A stretch of 64,000 nucleotides of DNA from Marsupella aquatica. Its lineage: Eukaryota; Plantae; Marchantiophyta. The notes under the pieces are model-generated. The model was not told where the DNA came from. It did no database searches and was given only the letters and a program-made list of their open reading frames with translations. The stretch is taken from positions 1,789,324 through 1,853,323 of the forward strand of contig OZ316891.1 of the NCBI GenBank assembly GCA_973895155.1, in the 5' to 3' direction. Below are positions 37,292-47,862 of this stretch, one piece after another. The position numbers and the translations under genes were made by a program. Every line of letters starts with the position of its first letter. The first letter of the stretch is position 1.

Positions 37292-37621
37292 TCATCGTGA
37301 AAGGTTCACCCAAGGGTCTTCGTTCCAAATCTTACAACAGAAGTGAGCCTGTTTGTGGTACTTGTTGTCAAGACGACGACAACAATAGTTACAAGAAAAC
37401 TCCAAAGAATGTAAACACGCCGTTAACATCAACCTCGAACGAATTGGAACTCCTGCATCATTCATTCCGCATAATTCAATGCAGAGAGGATTCTGCCTAT
37501 CTCCAGGATCAGTACCACCCATCCACAATGCTCCTATACCGATGGGGAGAACTTTGAGTCGCACGAGTCTCTTGTACAACCGGCGTGCACGTTTGACACA
37601 ATTTTCAAGGAAGACAGCCAT
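37292..37621 (-). CDS. Transposon cargo ORF, 109 aa, small basic Cys/His-rich protein of unknown function
   Basis: ATG-started ORF co-oriented with the other cargo genes; CLH..FSCNYCC..HFCC. A TATA-like CCTATATAAAG lies on the minus strand near 38213-38223. Confidence 0.4.
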   Translation of the reverse strand: MAVFLENCVKRARRLYKRLVRLKVLPIGIGALWMGGTDPGDRQNPLCIELCGMNDAGVPIRSRLMLTACLHSLEFSCNYCCRRLDNKYHKQAHFCCKIWNEDPWVNLSR

Positions 37622-37755
37622 TTGTCACAATACCTGTTGTCCACAGAGTGCAATCGACCTTCCGTTGTGCCTCCTAAACCCGGCAACACTGCGACATCAG
37701 AGATGAAGATGAGTCTCCAAACAAAACAAAGGAAAATGATTCTCATAGGAGGATG

Positions 37756-38086
37756 CGATAAGTTTATCGCACTCCGCATTCGAATTGAAAATATGACTTC
37801 CTCAGACACCTAAGCCCTGAATTCAATCTTTCACAAAAATACAACTCCGATAAATTTATCGGATTCTCAATTACTCCTCTTTCCATGAAAGGAATGAAGA
37901 CTCCGATAAATTTATCAGAATGAAGGCAACACCTCTCTAAACACTGGATCAAATGATTGCAACAGAGGAATGCAGAATGCGATAAATTTATCGCAGTCCG
38001 CTCAGATCTGGACATTTTACACTAAATGACTAGTTAGTCTTACATGGAGAACTTGAACAGGAATGGCTGTTCCGATAAATTTATCG
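37756..38086. repeat. Cluster of five CGATAAATTTATCG-type palindromes upstream of the cargo genes
   Basis: Motifs at 37756, 37848, 37904, 37980 and 38073; TGCGATAAATTTATCGCA at 37978-37995 is a perfect 18-bp palindrome. Confidence 0.9.
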
Positions 38087-41000
38087 GGTTTTTGGTAGAA
38101 AGAGTCGAATCGCTTGGGAGGAATGTAAGACTCGATGGGAGTTTGGTATTCGCTCTCAGTCAGGAGATATTTGCTCTGGCGAAAGCAAACGTTTTATGGG
38201 CAGCCCGCTCCTCTTTATATAGGAGACGCTCTACACCATGGTTAATTTCCCCTTAACCATGGTTAAGTTTCCCCTTTACTTGGATTAGTGCGTGGTCGTT
38301 CCTGGATTACGCGGTTCGGACCAAGTTACTCGTAGTTCAAACTTTTTCACTGACGGAATGTAAAACCCGATGCACGTATCGCTCCTTGCATCCCGCGGCG
38401 ATGCAATGGAGGAAAGTGGCGTTTCGGAGAGTTTTTGCCAGTTTTATTGGTCATTGCATTGCCTTAGAAAAAAAACGGGATCGGGCTAAACGAGAACTCC
38501 GACACACTTCTCGATCGGTCCGAAATCGTGTTCTAAGAGTAAATCCTAACAAATAGGTGGGCAGTGGCAACATCCCCACAAGCATGGGCACTGCCTGCAC
38601 CGAGCGTGCACTCTACATTGGAGAGACTATAATTACAAACGTGATTACAAACCAGATAATCAAGCTAAGATATGGGTCTAGGTACTAATAGAGTGATTCA
38701 CTCGGGACACTATGTTCCAATGATTGAGACCTTGCCACATGGCCCCTTATACAATGACACGTGTTACATACATTATAGGACCCCTTCGGCTAAGATAATA
38801 TGCCACGGTTTTGGAAATACCCTTCTTCCTTATAAACCCAAATTTGTATAAAGTTGAGGGTTGGTTGGTCCTAATTGAATTATAATTATTAGCCGAAAAT
38901 GGATTAAAAATACCCTACAAGTGGGCACACGTGTTTCTGGGATTACGTAAGCTGAGGGCCCACGGCGTAGCCATCAACGACTTCGGATAGATGCAATGTT
39001 CAAGTCTGCAATGGGGATGCCGACTGAGCATTTAATCTATAACCACTGCGTGTTTTCTCTCCAAAACATGTACTCAAATCTTGGTCACTTACATCAGTTA
39101 TCTTATAAGGATTTTCACCGACATTGGGGAGTCCAAAGGTGAAAGCAAAATATGTCGGGTCTCTCTGGAATTCTACAGGATCCCAATCCTTTGTACTCTT
39201 TGAGTCGCTCTTCCAACTTGACCCACACGGTTCTACTAAAACAGCAGGCTTGGCACCCCCAACAATTACAGGTACATCTCTAACTTGCGGCGCTCTACAT
39301 GGTCTATTGCATTAGACACATTTTCCAAAAGTCCATCGAGGTCAAGAGGCACAACACCCATCGTAACTTAGTCTGATTGAGGACACATACAAATGCAACA
39401 GTCTGACAAAGTAAAGTTGCATGGCTACAAATCTAACTTCAACATTCAATGGAAAAGGTGACCAAGAAATTGGAAAAGGAGCAAAAGCTATTCACCCTCG
39501 CCTCAAATCAATCCCCCAAATTTAGCCACCAAATCCTTGAACAAAGTCTTGCACTCTTCGACCGCGCCTCGCCTCAAACCTCCTTGATTGTCAGTAGTGG
39601 ATTCCGGCTAATCAAATGTGATGCAAATGAGATGGAAAATTGCTGTCCGTGGAAGGGTCAAGCTGGTGCGCCTCACCTCCAAATGCGGGATTCAAAATCA
39701 TCTAAGTGCTAGGCAAGAACGACGAGAGAATCCAGAAGTGTCCAAGTGAGAGCAGTTTGCGCGCAGTGACCTTCAACAGAGCCCAAAAGAGACAAACAAA
39801 TTAAATGTGGCTTCGCCAACACACATCAAGTACCCCACCACGCCGGGAAAGCCGTGTCAAAGGATGTGACTCCTGTGAAGGACATTGTCACTTGCTTATC
39901 CAACGATTAATACGTGCAAACCATACTTTTCCTTGCTTAAACCGTTGGTATCGTATTATGGGGTCGTGGAGGGACGCTATTTGGAGGATTTCCACACCTA
40001 AGGATGAGTATATTTGATTTCGCTCCCGGAAGTGTACTTTTTGATCAAGTCTACCGACTGGTCTCTCCGTTTTTGATCAAGTCCAAGGGACTGGTCCTAC
40101 CATCTACAACTCATGCCCATCGGGTGAGTGCTGTCACCACCCCCCTCTCATGGGCAAGCATACAAACGTTTACAACAAGATTTGAACACTAGTGACAAGG
40201 GCAAATGTTTCCACAACGAAACCGACCACATGCACTAGGGGAGGAAAACAAACAACACAAGCAACAACAAGTGACACACAAAATATTGGAACCTCAAGTC
40301 AAATCCATATCTCTTGGTGTTTCCCGTAACACATGCAAGGACAACCCGGCCTCATGCCGTCTGCCCAACTCCTGCCTCCCGGGGACAAGTGCTACGTTCT
40401 CCACCTCACTACTCTGGCTTGAACTTCTCCTAATTGGTGCGCTACTCACAAAAACTACTCAAAAGCATCCAAGCACTACGCTGAGTTCCCCCCTGTACCT
40501 GCTCTTGGAAGCCTTCATAAACTCCCGCCTGGCCTCCTCACTCACGGTGGCAGCCTCGTGTCCCAGTAGCACTCCGCCCTGGCACTCACGCTCCTTCAAG
40601 GCACGCGGCCCTATGCAAGGCGCGCCTTCTCCCTCGCGGCTCCCCCTGCTTTCTCACTCGCGGGGATTCTTTTTTTTGGGGGGGGGGGATTTAACCCCTC
40701 CCCGTTTTTCCCCTTTTTAACCCCCTTCTGGTGTGCTGCACTATGCCTCCCCTGGCGCTCCTCGACAGTCTCCCTCGCGACTCCCCCAGTCTCCCTGGCA
40801 GTCCCATTGGCCCCGGTGCTTGTGTCTTGCCAGGTACAATGTTAGGATTTACTCTTAGGTCTAGAGTTACGACTGTACCATAGTTAAGGCTAACCTTAGT
40901 CACAGACTTAGTTAGGTTAGTCATGCTAGGCACACTTTATAACCAAACGGTGTTTGCTTGGAGAGGTGGAACTCAGGCTCATTGTGACGGAGCTAGTTGA

Positions 41001-41169
41001 GAGATAGAGAGAGCTTGTATTGTGGATGCTTGGTATGGCCGGTCGGTCTAGAGTGTAGTAAAGCTCATGTGTGTTCCCGTGGACGTAGCCTCATGTGGAG
41101 GTGAACCACATATCTCTTGGTGTCAACTATTGTGCGTTGCATGGTTCATGGGCTTGCCGTTGCGATCGT

Positions 41170-42698
41170 TGTCGTGGGGATTCTTTGTTTAGTAAGTTCC
41201 TCCTAAGTATAGCTTAGTAGTATAGGATAGTAGTTTAAATTCTCGCATATGCAGTCTATAGTGTGCATGCTACAGTGCACAACCTACAGTGTGCATGCTA
41301 CAGTACACGGTCTACAGTATGCATGCTATATTGTTCGATCTACAGTGTGCATGCTACAATGCAAGACCTACAATGTGCATGCTACAATGTACAATCTACA
41401 GTGTGCATGCTACAGTGTACATGCTACAGTGTACGATCTACAGTGTGCATGCTACGGTGTACGATCTACAGTGTGCATGTTACAGTGTACGATCTACAGT
41501 ATGCATGCTATAGTGTACGATCTACAGTGTGCATGCTACAGTGTACTGTCTACAGTTGCTCCACTCACGTAACTACAGTACTAGCACACTTACTTGCCTT
41601 GGATGTGTGACACATGGCTTCCATCCATGTGCCATGCTTGATCCGTGTGCTTGAGGTGTGAGCACTATAAGTAAAGAGGAGAGGGGCTCTCTCCCCTCAC
41701 TCCCCATTTTTCATCAACTAAGTTGTGAAGTCTTAAAAATCCATTGGACTTGATGATCTCTTCTATGAATATAACCCTTATGAAGTAGACCCACTCATGC
41801 ACTCTTGCTTAGAGCTTCGGCTCGGCCAGAGATATTTTGTATGAGTCGGACCTTCAAAAAGTGTTTTCATTTGATAGGAGATGGTTATTAAGTTCTAAAG
41901 AGTTGGAAAGTGCTCAACAATGCCTTGACATCATATGCTTTCTTTTGGGTGAAATCCTTATGAAGTAGACCCACTCATGCACTCTTGCTTAGAGCTTCGG
42001 CTCGGCCAAAGGTATTTTGTATGAGTTGGACCTTCAGATAGTATTTTCATTCAAAAGAAGATCAACCTATTAAGATAAACGTCTGCATGTATATACTTAG
42101 AGTTAACTCAATGCATGATATTTGTTTGAAATGGATGATCTTTTTGTTGAATGATTCTATCTCTTGTCATTAGAATGAAAATTAGTTGGATGGAATATTT
42201 GATAGTACGATAATGCCCAGACTAGTACCTATTCTTCCTCTCCCTAATCCTTTCCTTATTAGAATTCATGTACTCCAAAAAGAGATAATGCGCCAGCATA
42301 TGACTTTTCACTTTGGAGAAGCATTTGCAACTGCGGTATTAAATTCAATAGAGCCAATTGTATACCCTTATGTAGTTTACGGGCAGGATTGGGCTTGCAC
42401 AATTTTTATCTTGTATTGAGATGGATCTCAACAAACCTCCCTCCGATGAGCCTCCCGTTTCTTTCTCGTTGGGAGATATTCGTTTTGTAACTCAACCCAA
42501 GGTAGCTGCCAAGGAGGCAATAGTCCGTAGGTATGGAGAAAAGGGTTATGATGTTGTGCTTTCATCCACGGAACCGTTCCTTGTGGTGTCTGCTACCCAA
42601 TCTAGAATAGTAATCATGATCTTAACTTAAGTTCTCTCTTGACACTAGTAGCCATAGGCCCGGTGCTTCCTCAAGAACCACATTTTTCCCCCCAGACA
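41170..42698. mobile_element. 1.53-kb non-coding TGTC...GACA insertion (solo LTR of another family, or a non-autonomous TIR element)
   Basis: Termini TGTCGTGGGGA and TCCCCCCAGACA; TSD TCGT/TTGT inside the element B LTR. Internal minisatellite, a TATA-like CTATAAGTA near 41665, and an about 95-bp direct repeat at 41776 and 41956. Confidence 0.72.
41249..41555. repeat. Minisatellite, about 28-bp unit built from two related 14-mers
   Basis: CTACAGTGTGCATG-CTACAGTGTACGAT repeated about 11 times with variants. Confidence 0.9.
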
Positions 42699-42913
42699 TT
42701 GTCGTCTATTCTCAACAATTGGTATCAGAGCATGCTTGGGAGGTGATGAGGTTTTTTTGTGATGGTTTTCCAGTGTTTATTGTCGGTGTTGCATTTAGAG
42801 TTTTGTCGCACGAAACTCGAATGTGTGTGGCTGAGAGGATAGATTAGTGAGAGGGCTTTCTATCGGTGTATAGAACTCATTGGTTGGTATCCGTTGTATG
42901 GAGGAATTGGAGG

Positions 42914-45198
42914 TTGAGCCAATCAGGTTTACCACAAGAATTTTGGGTAGAAGCTGTCAATACCGCAGCTTATTTGGTAAATCTTTCTCCTTCTAGTGCT
43001 ATCAATTTCAAAATGTCGTTTGAGATGCGCTATAAGCGGCCAGCAGACTATCATGGCTTGGTAGTTTTTGGAAGTGATGCATATGCTCTCACACCGAAGC
43101 AGAATAGGACCAAGTTGGATCCTACCTCCAAGAAATATGTTTTTCTTGGGTACCAAAGTGGTGTGAAAGCTTATAGGCTATGGAATCCTATCGCCTGTAA
43201 GCTCGTTGTCAGTAGGGATGTTTCCTTGAATGAATCCAGATTATTGAAGGAGGGGAAGAATACTCAGGTCTCCCATACTGATAAAGGAAAATCTCCTATC
43301 CCGGATCTTGTTGAGGGGGAGATTGGTCATGAGGTGCATGACCGGAGAGAAGGAGTTGCTCCAATTATGGAGTTGGTTCCTGTGCCAGAGGAACCAAAGG
43401 AGTTTGTTGATGCTGGTGAGCAGCAAGTGGATGCTGCTGAGCTTCAAATTGTACCAGCACACGCAAATCAACCGGAGTCATCGGCTAGAAGAACATCTAG
43501 TCGCATTGTACGCGCTCCACCAAGGTATGGACAGTGGGTTGATTCATCTCAGTTGTAAGAGGAGGATTTTGTTACTGATGATGAGGGTGATGCGTTGATA
43601 CTTGAAGAAGGGGAACTTTCTTCATTTCATGAGGAAAGTGCTTCTAAGGAGAAGCAGGAGTGGACTGCAGCAATGCAAACAAAGATGCAGTCACTAAAGG
43701 ACAACAAAACTTGGGAGCTTGTCAAGTTGCCTGAGGGACAGCAAGTGGTGGACAGCAAGTGGATATACAAGCTAAAGGATCAATCCATGGTAGGTGGATC
43801 GAAGGTCTACAATGCTAGGTTGGTAGCCAAGGGATTTACACAGGAAAAAGGTGTTGATTACAATGAGGTCTTCTCACCGGTTGCTAAGTACTCAACAATA
43901 CTGCTATTGTGTGTGCTTGTTCTTATGTTTGGTCTGCTGCTAGATCAGATGGATGTTGTCACAACTTTCCTCTATGACACCTTGGAAGAGGTGATTTTCA
44001 TGAGACAACCGCTAGGTTTTGTGAAGAAAGGGCAAGAGGATTTGGTTTGCAGATTGTTGAGATCCTTGTACGGGTTGAAGCAGTCACCAAGGCAGTGGAA
44101 TAAATAGTTTGATGATTGGATTCATGCACAAGGCTTTCACAGGAGTGTGTTTGACCCATGTGTGTATCTTAAACCGGTGAAGAATGTTGTCTTTGGGTTC
44201 ATTGTTTTAGTGCTTTATGTGGATGACATCCTTATTGCTGCCAAGGATAGATCTGAGATTGTTAAGCTCAAGGCACTGCTAAGTGCAAAGTTTAAGATGA
44301 AGGACTTAGGGCCAGCTAAGAGGATTTTGGGTATGGAGATCACTAGGGACTTGAAGACTGGCAAGCTATGGTTGACGCAAAGCAGTTATGCGAGGAAGGT
44401 AATTGCAAGGTTCAACATGGCGGATAGCAAGCCAGTAAGTACCCCGTTGGCTCCACACTTCAAATTGTCACCAGCTTTCTGTCCTACGGATGACATAGAG
44501 AAGGGGTTGATGTCAAAGGTTCCGTATGACAAGGCAGTGGGGAGTCTCATGTATTTGATGACTTGCACTAGACCTGATCTTGCCATGGCTATGGGCAAGG
44601 TGAGTAGGTACATGTCAAATCCGGGGAAGGTACACTGGGAAGCAATGAAGTGGATTATTTGGTATTTGAAGGTACCGTGGATCATGGTCTATTGTTTGAT
44701 GCACATGCTGATAATGCTAGATCATTGATGAGCTATGTAGATGCTGACTATGCACAAGATCTGGATCGGAGGAGGTCAACAACAGGTTATGTGTTCACAC
44801 TGGGAGGTGGATGCATAAGTTGGTGGTCTACTTTGCAGAAATGTATTGCTCAGTCTATTACAGAAGCGAAGTATGTTGCAGCAGCGGAAGCAGCAAAGGA
44901 AGCGATTTGGTTGGATAGACTTATCACTGAGATGGGATTGCCACACGGGAATATGAAGCTCCATTGTGATAGTCAAAGTGCACTCCACCTTGCTGTGAAC
45001 CAGGTGATGGACAGCAGAGTGAAGCACATCGACGTTAGGTACCATTTTATCAGGCAAGTTGTGTTTGATAATATGTTTGAGCTAGTTAAGATTGATGGTA
45101 AACTCAACCCGGCTGACGCTTTTACCAAAGTGATTCCTTTGGAGAGTTTTTCTAGGCACCGTGATGTGTTGTAGGTTTTGCAATTGCCTCACAAGTAG
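42914..45198 (+). pseudogene. Copia pol remnant (IN C-terminus, RT, RNase H) with stops and frameshifts
   Basis: LSQSGLPQEFWVEAVNTA, ARLVAKGFTQEKGVDY, LYVDD and DSQSALHL; closely similar to element A pol. Confidence 0.93.
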
Positions 45199-46325
45199 GG
45201 TTACTTAACAGTTGTGTAGATACTGAGATATGCTCTTAGTTTTGATCTACTCTCGTATAAAGAGGGAAAACCCACTTTGGTTTTTCTTTCCCGAACTTCC
45301 CGTTGAGCAATCATATTGGTAGCAGTCTTTATCCTCCCCTAGACCAGAGTCAAGGGGGAGATTGTTAGGATTTACTCTTAGGTCTAGAGTTACAACTGTA
45401 CCGTAGTTAAGGCTAACCTTAGTCGTAGACTTAGTTAGGTTAGTCATGCTGGGCACACTCTATAACCAAGCGGTGTTTTCTTGGAGAGGTGGAACTCAGA
45501 CTCATTGTGACGGAGCTAGTTGAGAGATAGAGAGAGCTTGCATTGTGGATGCTTGGTAGGGCCGGTCGGCCTAGAGTGCAGTAAAGCTCATGTGTGTTCC
45601 CGTGGACGTAGCCTCATGTGGAGATGAACCACGTATCTCTCGGTGTCAACTATTGTGTGTTGGATGGTTCATGGGCTTGCCATCGCGATCGTCGTCTATG
45701 CTCAACATCCAGCACGCCTCCCTATGCAAGGGGACTTGCCACTCCTTGGGGAATTTAAATTCCCCACCTTTTCCATCGGCTTGCACCCCGGCTGCGGCTG
45801 CTCGCCCCGGTTACCTGCTCACCCCGGCTACCCTTGGTACCCTCCCGGGAGGGTATAATGTGACTCCCCCGCTGCGCCCCTTTTGGGGAATTTAAACCCC
45901 CCCGCGCCTGGGCGCCTCCCGGCTGCTGCCGCGCCTCGACCTGGCTCACGCCCCGGCTTCCCCTGCTTACTCGCGGAGCTCCCTCCTTAGCCCCCAAGAT
46001 TCCACATGTCAAGCCCTAGGGGTGCCCCATATAGCCCCAGCAGTCATTTAGTGAGGAGGCTTGCCATCCCGGGCTCCACCTGGTCCCACTCAATTCTTCC
46101 CCTCCTAAGCACTAGAACTTAAAGTTTGACTCCTTAGACCTTGCTATTGGGGTCTCAAAAAGAAGAAGAAAAAAAAGAGGGAATAAGGCCTAAGGGAAAC
46201 GGGGTGTCCGATTAGACCGGCCCTAGTTTCAAGGTCCCAACATCCTTGCTTGTTGGGAAGTCGTAGGCATCCGAACTATTAGGATATAAAAGTACGTAGA
46301 GACCTCCGGGGCATAGCAACCGATA

Positions 46326-46570
46326 CTCGGGGGGGTCACTTCCATGGAAGTGGCATATCATGTGCGACGAAGTATAGGGCCATTTAAATGGTTTTGGCGG
46401 AAGACTTATTAAGTCTTCTATGGAAATATAGGGTTGTTTAATTGCAAAATGCATACGTGTCATCACATGATTGGTGCCGTACAACTTTCTAGAAAGTGAC
46501 TTAGGGGGGTCATAAATGACCCAAACCGTCGCACGTGATGTATGACCCTTCATATAGTGACCCCCCCGAG
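46326..46570. mobile_element. 245-bp MITE with 15-bp perfect TIRs and 8-bp TSD
   Basis: CTCGGGGGGGTCACT (46326-46340) and AGTGACCCCCCCGAG (46556-46570); flanks AACCGATA and AACCAATA. Confidence 0.75.
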
Positions 46571-47862
46571 AACCAATAATGACAGAATTAACTAAAAACA
46601 AAAAAATGGCTTATTTACAATGGTTATTTACATGGCACAACAATCATCGAGGATTTTCAGTGACGGGAACCCCGTCACAGACATCACGTAAAAGAAACAA
46701 GCTGGCCCCACAGCTTGTAGGTGGCCTTTCAGAACTTAAAAGTTGCGGTTCAACATTCAAAATGGGAGAAGGATGCTTGTCTCAAGCTAGATCCTGTTCA
46801 CATGGGCACGGAAATGACGGCTTAAACTCATAATGGCTTTAATGACATTATTCCACACTAATGCGTGACTCAAGGAATAATGATTATTGAAAACTAAGTC
46901 CTTAGTCACTTCAAGATATATTGTGTAATCCTGGCCACACATGAGCCTTGGAAGTCCTTGGACATGAAGTCATTTCCCCTAGTCCTTGGGGCCTCCGATC
47001 CTTTGGTACCCCTCTAGCTTGCTTTCGACCTACTACGGTAATATAGGACCTGGTTGATAGCATCCATTTTGTAGTCATCAAAACACGCAAAAAATCTATA
47101 AGGTATCAGAAAACAAAATAAATTTAAAACCACTACAGTAGTGTAGTGTCTGGCTAACAACACTCTCTTCACTAACAAAATTTATTACTCTGACCTTGCT
47201 CTCATTATATTATACCTCCCTGAACCACTCTCCATCGTAGCAAAAGGGTGACCGTAGGTTCCCTTTGGTATTTGTCTAAGTATCCATATGATCCATGCAA
47301 AATGTTACAAAATGCAACGTGGGACAGAATGAAAAGTGTGACCGTATTTCTTGTTAATATTGGAAATCCAATTTTTTTTCTAGGACATGCAAATCTATAC
47401 ACAACTTGCAAGATGACCAAAATTTGGTAAAGAATATATGATTGACACTATATATCTAATTAAACTTCCACACTAGGATTGCTCTCAACATTAAAAAACC
47501 ATTTCTGGTTGAGAAAATTTCTGCTTGGGTAAGTAGGGAAACTGTGCAGTCAACTTGTCGCCATCACTTTTAACATTCAAAGTTTGTTCTGGTTGGTTGT
47601 TCTTAATTAACTTGGGCTACGTCCAAATCTAACCATGGTTAATTGCAAAAGTATATATATTGAGGTCAGTTGCGAATCCCCCTTGGTTGTATCTCTTTCA
47701 AAACTCTATAGAAAATTACACTCAAATCAGTCAGAGCCCTAAGCAATATATTTATAGTGTGTACCAGTATCGCGCGCTTTTTGCATTTGCATATGAAAGC
47801 AACAAGAGATACCTGTACTGCTAGGCGTTACCCTATATGTTGTCGCTCCCTCTAAAAGGTTA

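Larger units (their letters stand above)
30167..38532 (+). mobile_element. 8.37-kb TIR DNA transposon, Sola-like, carrying cargo genes; internally deleted
   Basis: 25-bp TIRs AACACGATTTCGGACCGA(A/T)CGAGAA at 30167-30191 and 38508-38532. 4-bp TSD CTAA (30163-30166, 38533-38536), confirmed by the uninterrupted LTR sequence at 40840ff and 45363ff. Contains a DDD transposase. Confidence 0.92.
29853..38551 (-). mobile_element. Copia solo LTR (pieces 29853-30166 and 38533-38551) split by a DNA transposon
   Basis: Reads TGTTGAGC...CTAGACCTAA|CTAAGAGTAAATCCTAACA and matches the element B LTR (45363-45707). 5-bp TSD AATAG at 29848-29852 and 38552-38556. Confidence 0.93.
40840..45707 (+). mobile_element. 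Ty1/copia element B, internally deleted (no gag/PR), 5' LTR interrupted
   Basis: 5' LTR 40840-41169 plus 42699-42717; PBS TGGTATCAGAGC 42720-42731; 5'UTR joined directly to the integrase C-terminal half near 42914; PPT AAGGGGGAGAT 45352-45362; 3' LTR 45363-45707. No clean TSD (TACAA vs TCCAG). Confidence 0.92.

Noticed and set aside
30704-38086. Palindrome repeats as a CRISPR array
   Set aside because: Copies are only 14 bp, irregularly spaced or embedded in tandem repeats with near-identical spacers; no cas genes.
38990-40838. Possible degenerate coding remnant on the minus strand (..KDWDPVEFQRDPTYFAFTFGLPN..) and a GC-rich block continuing at 45708-46100
   Set aside because: Probably an old TE, but I could not recognise a domain or termini.
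41249-41610. Repetitive Cys-rich ORFs and a CRISPR-like look
   Set aside because: Translations of a 14/28-bp minisatellite; no unique spacers, no cas genes, eukaryotic context.
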